Below, piece after piece: positions 12,090 to 25,758 of a stretch of DNA of 64,000 nt. How positions within the stretch are numbered: the stretch's first letter is position 1; each line of letters begins with the position of its first letter. The notes beneath the pieces are model-generated. The model was given only the letters and a program-made list of their open reading frames with translations. It was not told where the DNA came from and did not search any database. The DNA is from Eledone cirrhosa (lineage: Eukaryota): positions 269,638,001 to 269,702,000 of the forward strand of contig OZ024742.1 in assembly GCA_964016885.1 (NCBI GenBank). The letters are read 5' to 3'. Position numbers and translations under genes: made by a program.

Positions 12090-13400
12090 GTGAGTACTCG
12101 GTGTCGTGGATAGTTTTAACGTACGGCTTTGTTTGACTCAACAAGATGTTTCCATAGTTAGGTAGCCAGTTCGCGGGAATTCCTATGCAGGTTATACTTG
12201 GAGTAATACTAGTGAAAGATTGAAGAGTAACAAGGTTGGCTGTACAACAAGGGCTTTATTTCAGGTATTAACAATTGTTTCATATATCAGATGAGTGTAG
12301 CGACCGCTAATCGCTCGAAGTTGCATCACTCGATCTCTGATCAAATCCTCAGAATACAAATAGTTCATACATGGCATGATATATATAGAGAAATAGCGTA
12401 GAATCAAAACAATAACAGCAATAATAAAATATATGATAAATAGTTAAAGTTGCAGACGTAAAAAGTAAAAAGTTAGAAAAAAGATACAATAAGAAAGAAA
12501 GAAATGGAAAAAAGTATATATATAAATAAATAAGGATAAGTGAGGGCATATCAGTTCAGAATATGATAGTGGTGGTGGTGAGTAAGTGTTCGTAAAAGGA
12601 TGCTATGGTGGATGTAGTGCTAACATGAAAAGCCATATTCGAAACATACTTAGATACGGGTAGAGAATCTGAGGTAGTGACAGATAAAAGAAAAAGCAAT
12701 AAATTAGAAATTAATTGGGAGATACTCTTGTATGAGACCCAAGGGCTAAGGGTGGATGGTGAAGGTTTTTTTTGACAAGTGTGTCTGGTAAATGTTTTGC
12801 TGAATGTCTTGTGTTAATGTGGTTGATGTGGTTTCAGGGAGAGAGGGTGAAAGAGATGTTAAGAGATTTATGATCTAGTGACCCATCGGCTGTTTGACAG
12901 CTAACAGCGGTGTGATGGTATGTATTCTGTACGTTAAAATCCAGGTGGTTCAGTTCTAATTTTAGGATTGCTGGGTCGAATCACGGTGGTTTGAAATTTG
13001 TGAACTTGGTAGCTATTTTATACCTACAAAAAATTGATCTTTCGATTTTGTATGTTAAGCAGCATCTTGTACCTTAAAATATTGAATAGCTCCATATTGC
13101 AAAGTCTGCAGTGGGACATTCTATTGTTGTAGGGCCTTGCTCTCGATAATTTTGACCACCTAATCCTATATTCCTGGTTTGTCTTTTTAAGCTGTCAGAT
13201 TTTATTGGCGAGCGTTGTAGAGTTCTCCAATCTGCGGTTCATGGAGTGTCTATGAACGTAAATAATGTAATGGAAATCGAGTGACGCAACTTCGAGCGAT
13301 TAGCGGCCTCTAGACTCACCTGACCAATGAAACAATTGTTAATACCACACATAAAGCCCCTTGTTGTACAGCCAACCATGTTACACTTCAATTTTTCACT
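12090..13400 (-). mobile_element. PLE 3' end (decayed GIY-YIG 12960-13260 + UTR) with an inverted terminal copy at 13275-13400
   Basis: HSMNRRLENSTTLANK..IRWSKLSRARPY..CRLCNMEL is homologous to 37250-37780. 12210-12335 is the reverse complement of 13277-13400. Confidence 0.75.
12265..12357 (-). ncRNA. Hammerhead ribozyme with a long stem-II insertion
   Basis: Reverse complement: GUAUU-CUGAGGA-UUUG-AUCAGA...UCUGAU-AUAU-GAA-AC(AAUU)GU-U-AAUAC. Confidence 0.65.
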
Positions 13401-13425
13401 ATATATAGATATATATATATATTTA

Positions 13426-13481
<56 letters not shown>

Positions 13482-13482
<1 letters not shown>

Positions 13483-15888
13483 TCTTGATCACCTTGACCG
13501 ACCAGTCAGACGGGCGTCCATGCGACGCCGCTGGTCACAGCTCTCGCCGTCCATTGCTCTCTGGATCGTGCTTTCCTCATCCATGTAGTCCCAATCGTAT
13601 TCCTAAAATCGCAACTCCACCTTCGTGGAGGTCTTCCGAGTGGTCGTTTCCGCTCGCGCGCGTACCACTCGGCAACTGCGCGGGTCCACCGATTATCGGT
13701 CAACCGGGCGACGTGTCCAGCACATCTTAGCTTGCTGCGCATATATTCCGTGATGACTTCCCTCACGCCGGACTTCTGTGTGATGACTTCGCTCCTGATG
13801 TGCTCGCTCAACGAGATTCCTAGCATTGATCTCTCCATCGCTCTTTGAGCCGTTACCAGCCTCTGCTCTTCTCTCTTCGTTGTAGCTCAAGTTTCACAGC
13901 CATATAACATTGTAGGTGAAACTGTGCTATTAAAGAGGCTGGCGCGGCTGGTCTTGCCCCCCCCCCCCCCCTTGAGCACACCCCTTATGCCGTTGAACGC
14001 ACCTATCCGGCCCTTACTCTCCACAAGATTTCCCTCGCAATGTCTCGGCGCATGTTCACTTCTTGTCCTAGGTAGACGTATTCCTCCACCTCTATTTCAT
14101 CACCGCTAACCACCATTCGACCTGTTGGTACGTTGTGGGACTGTATGAACTTCGTTTTCATGCGGTTCATCTTGAGGCCTACTGCTGAGCTTTTGAGGTC
14201 GAGCTCCGTCAGCATGGTCTGAATCTGATCCGTGGTTCCAGCGATGAGTACGATATCATCAGTGAAACGGAGGTGGGTAAGTATCTTGCCGTTGATGTTG
14301 ACACCGCCTTGCCAGTCAATGCCTCTGATGATCTGCTCGAGACACGTGGTGAAGTGTTTTGGAGAGATCATATCTCCTTGCTTCACTCCCTCATCGATCG
14401 TCACTCGTACGGGTGATGACAGCAGAACTATGTCGGTGGTGCATCCAGGAGCTTCTCCATCCGGTATGCGTCGAAGTCCCATTTAAGTTGTTGACGTATC
14501 ACTCTGCTGAGAAGGGAATATTCGAGTTGATCTTCAGGTGTCCTTGTCATATTCTTCCTCTTCTCCAGCAACTTCATACTTCCCTGCGAGATCCTTCCCT
14601 TCCGCTCCAACGGGCACACACTCTAAGCATTCCGCAAGCACCCCTTCAGTTTCCTTATCAGTGAGTCGTAGTCAGCGTCTATGCCGTCTCCTTGACGCCA
14701 GTTTTCCTGCATGGTGGCTTCCTGCAGCTGCGCCTTGTTGAATACACGCACGCGTTCTCCCTTCGACGCCAAATGCAGCGCCTTCTTCTCCCTCATCCGG
14801 TCGATGACGACCTTCGCCCTCACCAGACGATGATCGCTGCCAGTGTTGAATGGCGTTATGACGGAGACGTCCTGCATCTTGCGTCGCTTGTCGACCAAGA
14901 TGTAGTCGATCTCGTTTCGGTGCTCAGAATTTGGCTATACCCAGGTCCGTCTCTTCTCTTTTTTCTACATGAATAGGCTGTTTCCGATGTAGAGACGTCT
15001 CCCCTCTGCCATGGTGACCAGACGCTCTCCTCCTTCATTTCGCTCTCCTAGGCCGAATCTTCTGACATACTCTTCCGCTCGCCGTCCTTGTCCGACCTTT
15101 GCGTTGAAGTCTCCCATCATGACGGTGTAAGTGGACTTCACAGCTAGCACTTTGTCTAGCTGGCGATAGAATTCTTCCACCTCATTGTGGTCGCTGGCAC
15201 TTGTGGGAGACTAGTTCTGGACGATCTTTAGGGTGGCCTTCCCTGAGAGGTTCACGTTCAGTACACCAATCCGTGACGATATGAACTGGCAAGAACTGAC
15301 CTTCGAAGCGCATTCCTTGCTTACTATGAACACTATACCTCTGACCGATCTGGCACCCTCTGCTTTCCCGAGTTTCACGGCGCATCCATCTTCCCATCAC
15401 GAACTCGCCTCCTTCTGGTTGGTCTCGCACAGCCCTAACACGTCGCACCTGACCTTCTTCTCCTCCATTAGGTGATTCAGTCCTTGCCCCCTGCCAAAGA
15501 GCTGCAGTTGTAGGTGCATATGGCAAGGTTAGTCCTGTTCCTTGGCGGCATTCGGGAACCTGTGATTCTTAGCAGCCTCTCGTCGCTCGGGTTGCACTCC
15601 GCCGTCGTGGAGTGGCCCGATTGACGCGCAAGGTACTGAGGGCCTTTTCTTAGTGCTGTTTTAACCATAAGAAGACGCCATCCCACTAGCTGGGTAGGCA
15701 GGCCGGTACCTCTTCGGTTTGGCTATGTTTTGAACTCTAGAAGATGATCAATCATCTCTAGGACCAATAGTCTTATACCTGTGTAGCATGGTAAAATCTG
15801 CCAGAACACTGAGTCTCGCTACCATAACTATCAAACAGCCAGGGTCACCGGTGCGCCATTTTGAGGCACTGAAGTAGGATTTTTCAGA

Positions 15889-15891
<3 letters not shown>
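13482..15891 (-). mobile_element. RTE-clade LINE, internally deleted and frameshifted (APE + partial RT)
   Basis: ICTYNCSSL, MGDFNAKVG, GSDHRLV, GVKQGDMISPKHF, LRFTDDIVL, YVYLGQ and RKRPLGRPPRRW. The N-terminal RT motifs are deleted near 14430. Flanked by (TA)n. Confidence 0.9.
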
Positions 15892-15927
<36 letters not shown>

Positions 15928-15979
15928 GTTTTCTTTACAAAATGAAATATAGATATATATATATATTTTACAAAATGAG

Positions 15980-16010
<31 letters not shown>

Positions 16011-16260
16011 AGAAAGTGAGGTTTTTTTTTACAAAATGTAAAATAACCGAGGTGTCCTACACGAGTGAAAGTATAAAGAAAATAAGATGAAATCGAAAAT
16101 GCAACTGGAGTCTAATTTTTTAAAATATATATATATTTCTTTGGTTCCTTTTCCGGTTTCGCAGTTCTTCTGCTTTTCAAAAGTAGAGTTGAGATGGAGG
16201 ATCTGTGGTTTTTCTGACGAAAAACCACAGACCCTCCAGTTGTATTTTAGATTTCATCTT
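16011..16260 (-). repeat. Interspersed ~200-bp repeat carrying a hammerhead motif (16147-16184); sister copy 40929-41133
   Basis: Near-identical, in opposite orientation, to 40929-41133. Reverse complement: ACUU-UUGAAAA-GCAG(AAGAA)CUGC-GAAACCGG-AA-AAGG; the cleavage triplet is mutated. Confidence 0.7.
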
Positions 16261-16304
16261 TTCTTCTATATATGTATATATATAACAAAGAGGGTGTGGT
16301 AAAA

Positions 16305-16427
16305 TACCAGGTTTACCATAACGCACCGGAGCACTCAATACTTGTGGTAATAGAGTGGGTAATAGTAAAATAATCAGGACCCCGACGGATTTACCTGTCG
16401 AAGCTCAGCCGTCGGGGTCCTGACTCT

Positions 16428-16428
<1 letters not shown>
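16305..16428. repeat. Terminal fragment of the PLE family at 53215-56970, ending in a hairpin
   Basis: ACCATAACGCACCGGAGCACTCAATACTT matches 53222-53250. TCAGGACCCCGACGG...CCGTCGGGGTCCTGA forms an inverted repeat. Confidence 0.65.
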
Positions 16429-16468
<40 letters not shown>

Positions 16469-19400
16469 AAATTAAATTAAGGGTGTCATGTCAGAGAGAC
16501 ATGCTCCAAGAATATGCTCCAAGTTTCTAATGAATAAATCCGAGCATTTTATATCAACTAGAAATGGATTGACATATATATATATATATAAAATAAACAT
16601 GAAACAATCGCAGGGAATAATTTGTAAAAGTGTGTAAGCACACATAGCGATTGTTTCATATGTTTATTTTAGATATATATATATGTCAATCAATTTCTAG
16701 TTGATATATATATATATATATATAGGTTGAAGAAAGAACGCTACTGAATTTACTGGTATGTCACTATTCACTTGACTTTTCACTCTTCAAATAATTCTAT
16801 ATATCGCATGGAGTACTTAGGCTCAACAAAGATTGAATTTCGGGATACCCATCGGAGGATCAATTATTCTTCTTAACTGGTTGACATGACTATTGTTTTT
16901 CATGAAAAACCACACTATCCAGTCTTTCTCCTCCGTCAAAGGAAGCCATTCACATGCAATCTTATATTTCATGCATTTCTTCAAGTTATACCTTCCTCCT
17001 ACGAACAAAGTTACATGTAGTATAGTTTCTACTTCAAATCCTGCAATCTCCTACACTCGCAATTGTTGACATCTCTAGAATTCTTATTTTTACGACAATT
17101 TGTTAGCAAATATACATTCACATATATATCCACTTGTGTTTTATCTCTGTATGTGTATTGTTTTATGATGCCCTAGCCATATACGTACGTATGTATGCGT
17201 ATAACCCTGTAACTATATATGTGCTCTATTATGTATGTGTGATCCCTTGGGTGTCACACTGAGCCCTTTTGTGTATGTTAGAACATGACTGTGTTAAACG
17301 AAAATACATACGTCTGCAAATATAGGAATATATATAGCTAGACTTCGGTTTTAAGAGCAGTATTAGAATTCTCATATTTTATAACAGATTCTATTGAGTA
17401 ATAAAAGATATATCTAGATGCTTCCATTTCTTCGGAAAAAGTGTATTCGTCTGAGGAAATAAACATTATTATAATAGATAATTTCTTATATTATCTAGTT
17501 GAATAATTATACTTACATATATACATTAATTGAACTTCTTTATAATATACGTGTCTATTGTTCAGGAAGTAATCAAGGAACATAAGTACAAATCTGGATA
17601 GTCACGCCAAATATTCAGCAAATGCACCAAAATCAGTACATTACCAGGATAGGATGGAATTATATTTAAAATGATAAAGGGAAACGGAAGATTCTCTTCA
17701 TCATTCCAAACATAAAGTAGTTTAACTCATTTGAGCACCTCGTATTTGAGATTAACACAAATAGATATGGTCCGATTTATGAAAAGGAAGCTCATAACTA
17801 GTATTCAGTTACAGCGTCATAGCACTTCCAAAAATATTATTAAATGTCACCTTCAATGGGCAGTTGTACAGTATCTATTAACGCAAACTTCATCATTAGT
17901 GTGTTTCTTGAGATATCCAAAAAAGCCAACGCCACTTTGTATTCAGTTTTAAGATCTCCTTTGATGAAATAATGAGGGAGAACCTCTTGGCAGTGCTGTA
18001 AGCGTGCATCGTAAATTTCTTGATCTAAAAATAGCTATGCCAATATAGAAAAATGTATGGTAGCAATTGGCAAATCTACTCAAATGAATTCATTTGTTAA
18101 TCCTGGGGATAGACGAGGTTACATGATTTTATACAGACATTTTAATACCTTTTAAAACATTTGTTATGCAGTTCATACATTTATATTAACAGATCACTGC
18201 GAACATTTCGATAACATTCCAAATATGATGTGTAAATGATAAAGAGATTTTTTTTATCTATTTGGGGTAGGAAAATCAGGATAACATTTAAATTGCAGAG
18301 AAACTTTTGCTTTTATGCATATTACCCTCTTTAATATTTTAATCAGGGAAACCATTATGTTTTAATGCAGAATTGTTATAATTCAAAACACAGTTACGGA
18401 AAGATTTTGTGTAAATATATTGTCCATTCAAATACTGATGAATTTGAGGTTTAAGGATCAATGTGTTAATATGGAAATTCATAATAAGCTTCAACATTCG
18501 GTTAGGTCTATCACTCCAGAAATTACCAGTTCATAAATCTAGCGATCGACCACGGTGATTACTAACGCTCAGCTAATTGTCTAGCACTTTCAATAGGTTA
18601 ATGCACGTATTCTTAACACCATGTATCTTTCAGATATACATATATGAATAATTTTGTTGTGCTTCACGTGGTTAGGCTAATGGATGGAGTCTGTTGAGGT
18701 GAATGCCTACAGAAGTAGGTATAGTAGGTTCTATTTTATTAATTCACGCATATAGACGGCATAGTGATATTATCTTTCGACATCAAACAATTCATGATAC
18801 CTAGGTTAATCTTAAAATGATTATCGTACAATAAAAAATAGTTCATATGGTGGATAATAATATTGATGTTAGTATCATAAATTTGAATAATTATTCTTGA
18901 CATGAACATATATTTGTGAGGTTGACATTCCGAATTCCCCTATTGGACAAGCCTGCTGTTGAAGATCTTTTATCCGGGATTTGTTGATTATTGATTTGTA
19001 ATTTGTCAATGGCTGGCAAATAGCAATATTGAACCCAAACTTCGAATGTACAGGCCAATAGGGCAGTTTAATGTGCTAAACCAGGAGGATATTGGCCGTT
19101 TCAAAACTTGAATTGTTTAGTATTTTAACGTTTTCAAACGTTGACAAGCAGTTGAAATTTATGGTTAATGAATCTAAGTGGGATATTGCTTTACAATTGA
19201 TCATTTGCTTGTGATACAAATGAAACTTTAAAGCAAATTATAAACAACGAGATCGATATATTGGAATAACAATTTTAAACTCTTATTATCATTTTTAAAT
19301 ACCCCAAACTTTAATTCGATTTTATCAAATTTATTTAATTTTGATATAGTGTTCACACTGGCCAAATCATGCTGCTAAATTTAAACTTACCACCAATCCC

Positions 19401-21644
19401 ATCAAGCCAGCCTCTGCTGCTTTCATATATTGAACGATTAGCAGTTAATGCCACACACGAGAAACCATTATCGACAGGAATATTTAGCAGGAAGGTCGAT
19501 ATTTGGATTAGTCAACCGATGAAGATCATTTGTCCAGGATTTGTTGATTAATGATTTGTTATTGATCAATGACTAGCGAAATCCCTTCTTGTTCCTAAAC
19601 AACGAGTATACAGGCGTAGATATTTGTATCCTGCTATTTGTATGTACTGAACAAGGAATATGCTGTCCATTTTAAATAACGAAATACTTTCACGTTTTCA
19701 CACATTGAACTGTTGGAGCATTAATTCCAGTTTAAATTTACGGTTAAGGCGTCTAGATGGAAATATTGCTTTACAATTGATGAATTTGTTAAACAATTGT
19801 AAACAAAACAACGGGATCGAAATCATTGAAATAGCGATCTAAAACATTATTATATACATATGTGCTGAAAAACCGGGAGTTTATATCCGTAGTAAGTAGA
19901 GCCGTCTGTCCCGGCAAGAGGATTAGTTCGGTATAGAGTTATTTCCGCAACAGACCGGAGAACCATAATCGAGGAGCGCGTTTCACCTAGCTGATGTTCT
20001 ACCCATGTATGGCTGCAGTGAAATGGAAGCGTATATGAGCTGACTGGATTCTGCATAACGGACAGCGAAATTTTTGTAAAAATGGTGATAACTCAAATTG
20101 GACAATTTTCATTTGAGTTTGTTCAATCTTTATTATAATTATTCTTACCTTGGTTCTGTTAAGTTACGTAACAAATACTTCAGAACCTGGCGATTAAAAC
20201 ATTGACTCTTATTAACATGTTGGTATGCATGGGCGAATGCTGGTCTTCCACAAGCAAACCTTGCCCAGACTTTTGCCTCGGAGGGGATCTTTATAGTTGT
20301 GCGTATTTTGTTGGTCTGTATTAGCTGTAAGAATATGTTTCTGACCACAAGAGAGCCATCTTAATCTAGGGGTGAATGTACAAGCGCATGGAGAGAGAGA
20401 GGGTGGACATAACTGTAACAAATTTACCGTAATTATTGATAAGAAGGTTAATATTTCAGCTTATCTTAGCGTCATTTTATACCCATCAGATTATCCATGA
20501 TATAGTAATATTTACCTAGTTGGTTGATATACGTAGAACTGTAATGTTATACATTACGTTGGATTACAACCCTTCACCAACAGTTAAATATAAATTTACT
20601 GTTTCTAATAATCCCTTGTGAAGAGGTTGTCTTCTAGTATTAAATGTTTTAATTAATTGAAAGTGTCAACGCTATTTCCCGGTAATAGAAACTGCAGTAA
20701 GGGAGAGATTTATGCCGAAGCTGTCTTGTTTACTTTGCTTTATCAAGAATCTACACTTCGGTAACTGTAAAGGTCATTCTATGTTTATGTATAAACTTAT
20801 CTGAAAATATAAGTTTAGCTATTTGTATTGACATATTTCTGTGTATCATAACATGTCACATAAACTACTGTACGGTATACACATACATAGAGATAGATAG
20901 ATAAACACACACATTAAGAGATAGATAGATAGATAGATAATTGCTAGTTTTATGGTCTTTTGTTAGCAAAGAATGCAAAAACATTGAACCAATCATGCTC
21001 ATATATGGCGTGAACGGTCATAAGACGCAACTATAGGGTGCCCTCAAACTAGGATCTATATTGTTTGAAAGGGCAGGAGATTATCGTTATTCAACTAAAA
21101 TTAGACTCGAGAGATTTTCTTTTGGGGTTGGGGGGTTGTTTTGGTGTATTTTACGAAAAATATCAAAAAATAAAAACTAAACAGGGAATTCATTAGAATT
21201 TCATCAAATTCCAAAATGGCGAAAGCGTCTAATACGAATCAAGCTACAAATCTGGTAACTCGATGCCCTGGCCAGTTTACAATCAACAATGCCAACGGGA
21301 ACAAATATCTCTCGCACATATAAGAATTGGTACTAGAGAAAGTCAGACATATGGTTACTGGACGGCGAAGTAAATAACATGTATGACCGGTGACACTTTA
21401 CATCTCGTTTGGATATTTGTCTGAAGAGAACACTTAGGGCAGTTATTATACAACTTTGGAATTCATATAACTAATTAAAGAGGAATGTACGAATCAAATC
21501 GTTTTTCTTGTTTATTATAATAAAATTCCAGATGAATAGCAACCGTGGAGTTCTTCTCGTCTGTTAAGAAAAAGACGGCAGATATTTATCAACCAACTTT
21601 CTTCAATTGAATACACACACACACACACACATATATATATACAC

Positions 21645-21714
<70 letters not shown>

Positions 21715-22480
21715 CAAATTTTTTAACAATTTTATGTCTGCAGACATAGGATTGGTACAAAATTCGCGAGATTTAAACCACCGTGATTCGAGACACCATC
21801 CCCTATATTAAGAGTAAATCACTTAGCATTTAACATATGAAATCCATATTCTCACACAGCCCTCTTCAAAACCATAATCTTCTATAAACACCTTATAGCC
21901 TCCCAAAATCTATACCACTAGGATGGGGCAGTAATGTCTACAACTATCTTGTCAGCCCATAGATCAATCCCATCTTAGCTGTTATTTACTACTTCGGACC
22001 AAACAAATATATCTACGTATCTCACATTAACACTCATGATCTCTAACAGATGAACTTAATTCTAACTACATTATCTTATTACTCCTACACTCCTTGAAAT
22101 CTTATTTTTCTCTTATTATTATCATGATCATTTCAATGTATCCTTAATTTTATTCATCATGTTCTCTCTATTTACCATGCATATTTTATTATTTTATTAC
22201 TTTTATTGTCTCTATTATTGTTGTTATTATTGTCTTATTTATACACTATTTGTTATTGATGTTGTGAAAACTAAATCCCCATGATTCGAACTAACAATCC
22301 CAACTTTTAGAATAGGCCACTTAAATAACGAATTTACAACTTCACTTAACACCACATAAAAACTATATATCTATATGCACGCACCCTATCATTCTCACTA
22401 AATTAATACAACGAAAATACTTATCTGTCAAACAATAAATAAATCTCCGGTTTATTGCCAGTGTGCTTTCAGACCTACAC
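21715..22480 (+). mobile_element. PLE 3' end (same family as 35977-37860)
   Basis: Colinear reverse-complement homology to ~36600-37310 (TGCAGACATAGGATTG.TACAAAATTCGCGAGATTTAAACCACCG). Confidence 0.8.
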
Positions 22481-23187
22481 TTCACGCATATATCTCCTAA
22501 ATCCTGACTCCAAGTACAATTTATCAGTCATCTCTTTTGTGTTTAATTCAATTAACGAGAGAGCAATGAGTGAACATACTGTGTAAAACACTAACAACAA
22601 CACCTGACACTCACGTAATGTATGATCTTCCATTGTAGTTATGTATTTTTATACACAGACTATCTCATATCTACAAATGTACGAGGTATCTTAGTGTATG
22701 TATAGCAAATCCCAATATGGCATAATGTGTGTAACATGCGTGTAATTATCAACGGGTAAAAAACATTGATGAATGTGCAATTAATCCTGGCTAATTCCTT
22801 GTTCTTCTTTGAATAAATTTGGAATTCTCTTGCTCCCTTCATTTCCTTCTTCCAGACATATATCATGTTTGTACTGTGTTAATGATGTCACTGGTGGTAG
22901 TGATGATGGTGACATGTATGTCTTTTGTGGCCTTACACTTCGTCTTTATATGTATATATATATATTATATATACTAGCAGAATAACCACCCACCGGGTGG
23001 TTTTCTGCTAGCCTCTGTAGTGTGTATATTGATATTATACGCAAGTATATATACATGTAGATATGATCAAATAAAATAGTAATTGACAATATACACAGAA
23101 ATTGAACGAAGACTGTGTTACCACTGTCTTATGTAATCAGTATCGTAATGCATGTTACATTTAAAAAAAGACAATATTATATATAAA

Positions 23188-23375
23188 GGGCGGTGAATTG
23201 GCAGTATCGGTAGAAGGTCAGACGCCATGCTTTCCAGCATAGTTACGTCCATTTACGGTCTGAGTTCAAATCCCGTTGAGGTTAACTTTGCCTTTCATCC
23301 TTACCAGGTCGATAAAATAAAGTACCAGTAATGAACTGGATATTTGCTGGCCTTGTGCCAAAAGTAGAAACAATT
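23188..23375 (+). mobile_element. SINE (Meta/MESC-type)
   Basis: Full-length copy; TSD ATTATATATAAA. Confidence 0.85.
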
Positions 23376-23614
23376 ATATATAAACTGCATTAGGAGAAAA
23401 TTAGTGACAGAAATATATAAATATTTATTTAAACTATAGCTAACCGGAAGTGTTGACATTTGAAAATTTTAAAGAAGTGAATCTTTAAATAAGTAATAAA
23501 ATATATTTAATGAACAGCCACGAAATTTAGTAGATTAATTATGTAATATTCATTCATTATTTATTCAAAGTAATTATCGACCGATAACTAATATCTACCG
23601 ATGCTGCCAATCCA

Positions 23615-23804
23615 GGCGGTGTATTGGCAGTATCGGAGGAGGGTCGGACGCCATGCTTTGAAGCATAGAGTTACCTCCCTTTATGATCTGACTTCAAATC
23701 CCGCCGAGGTTAACTTTGCCTTTCATCCTTACGGGGTCGATGAAATAAAGTACCAGTAATACACTGGTTTAATTGCTGCCCTTGTGCCTAAAGTAGAAAC
23801 AATT
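23615..23804 (+). mobile_element. SINE (Meta/MESC-type) preceded by an inverted head fragment
   Basis: Full-length copy; TSD TTTATTCAAAGTAAT. 23595-23613 is the reverse complement of the SINE head. Confidence 0.85.
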
Positions 23805-23937
23805 ATTTATTCAAAGTAATCCAACTTATTTTACTACGGGGATAAAAAAGTATAAACCGTACACAGTCGCGCGCTTTTTAATTTATTATAGTTTAGATAA
23901 GGAAAGATATAAATACTACCATTTTACTTGGACAGCC

Positions 23938-23988
23938 AGCTTCCTGATGATTTCTCAAGAATGAAACAATTCTAGTCCTGTAGAAGCT
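23938..23988 (+). ncRNA. Hammerhead ribozyme (U10.1.U11.1 variant)
   Basis: AGCUUC-CUGAUGA-U-UUCU(CA)AGAA-U-GAA-ACA(AUUCUAGUCC)UGU-A-GAAGCU. Stem I is a perfect 6 bp. Confidence 0.7.
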
Positions 23989-23998
23989 CTTCTATATT

Positions 23999-24061
<63 letters not shown>

Positions 24062-24092
24062 AATATATATATATATATACATATAAATATAT

Positions 24093-24905
24093 GGGATAAC
24101 AAATTATCGTTATAGGTAATCAACTTAGATGTTCCGTACTGTGGATAGTTTCAGCGTACGGCGTTGTTTGACTCAACAAGAGGTTTCCTTAGGTAGCGAG
24201 TTTGCGTGTTCTCGGGTTTTCCTATGCAGGTTAATCTTGGAGTAATAATAGTGAAATAGTGAAGAATAGCAGGGTCAACAGTACAAAAAGGGTTTTATTT
24301 ACAGTATTAACAATTGTTTCATTGATTAAGTGCTCTAAAAATGACTAATCACTTGAAGTTGTGTCTCTCAATTTTAAATACAATGTATGCTTAATCAAAT
24401 CATCGGAAAAACTGATTAAAATTATACACGGCGTTTGTAATATACTAGCAGCATTCAAATCACATCAGTAATAAAGAAAGACAAATTAATAAATAAATAT
24501 GTATTATTAATATTATTATTGATGTGGTCTATTTGAATTTGTAAATTTGCCGGTTACGCATATATTTCTATTTTTTGACAGTCTCTGGAGATATGATAAG
24601 GCCAACATGTATTTTAAATTGAGTGGCACTACTTTCAGTGTTTAGCAATTTTTAGACAACTCTATCAGTGAAACAATTGTTAGACTGTAAATAAATCTCC
24701 TTTTCTGTACTGTTGACCATGTTATTCTCCACTATTTCAATGTTATTACTCCAATATAAACTTACATAGGAATACAAGTGAAATCTTAAACTCGTCATCT
24801 ACGTAAACATCTTGTTGAGTCGTACAACACTGTACGCTAAAACTATGCATAATAATAAGTATTGACAACCTCTAATTGGATTACCTATAACGATATATTG
24901 TTATC

Positions 24906-24906
<1 letters not shown>
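24093..24906. mobile_element. Diverged inverted pair of PLE termini (same family as 12090-12360 and 35977-36310), with a hammerhead at 24302-24414 (-)
   Basis: GGATAACAAATTATCGTTATAGGTAATC is inverted at 24880-24906. Hammerhead reverse complement: CCGAUGA-U-UUGAUUAAG...CUUAAUCAA-U-GAAACAAUUGUU-AAUACUG. Confidence 0.7.
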
Positions 24907-24977
<71 letters not shown>

Positions 24978-25250
24978 AGTACTTCCACAGCAGTTATTTT
25001 CAATGATATTATAAATAGAAACTATATTTATAAAACCATATTTATTCTATTATATATATTTGAAGGATACCACAAGTTTGGTACGCCCTCATCAGATAAC
25101 ATACAAAGTTTGTTTTATAAATATTGACATAGCCAGGAATAAGATTCTTAACAGTTCAAGTTTTTCCTGGATAGTAAAAGAAATTAGGGAGAGAGTAGAA
25201 AAGTGAAGTATTTAAACATTTTAAGATGAGTATGCAAATGAGGTTGAGGT

Positions 25251-25252
<2 letters not shown>

Positions 25253-25331
<79 letters not shown>

Positions 25332-25525
25332 ATACATATATAAATATATATGTGTAAATATATGTTTATATATGTATATACCATATACTTATTCATATAT
25401 ATATCATATTTATATGTATTATGTATATATATTATATATATATATAATTATGTATATATATTATATATATATTATATATATTATATAATATATAATATAT
25501 ATATTATATAAATATATATATATAC

Positions 25526-25615
<90 letters not shown>
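25253..25615. repeat. Representative (TA)n-rich microsatellite; dozens of (TA)n, (CA)n and (GA)n tracts occur throughout the window
   Basis: Seen directly; these tracts are the source of the [12 protein letters not shown] ORFs. Confidence 0.98.
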
Positions 25616-25620
<5 letters not shown>

Positions 25621-25758
25621 GAGACTGAGGTTAGCAGGACATGCTCATCGACATCGAGAGATGACATTGCACTCAGTGCTCATGTGGTAGCCCCTACATG
25701 CGCACACTGGAAGAGAAAGACCGCTCTAGGATATATATATATATATATATATATTAAT

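Larger units (their letters stand above)
22971..23898 (+). mobile_element. Helitron/Helentron-like non-autonomous element hosting two SINEs
   Basis: 5' ATACTAGCAGAATAACCACCC-ACC-GGGTGGTTTTCTGCTAG hairpin. Putative 3' end GCGCTTTTTAATTTATTATAGTTTAGAT. Confidence 0.4.

Noticed and set aside
18890-19080. CPIGEFG and CPIGLY peptides on the minus strand resembling EGF-laminin repeats
   Set aside because: The cysteine pattern is incomplete without assuming frameshifts.
19861-19900. Peptide CAEKPGVYIR resembling a trypsin C-terminal motif
   Set aside because: Too short, followed immediately by a stop, and no catalytic-triad motifs nearby.
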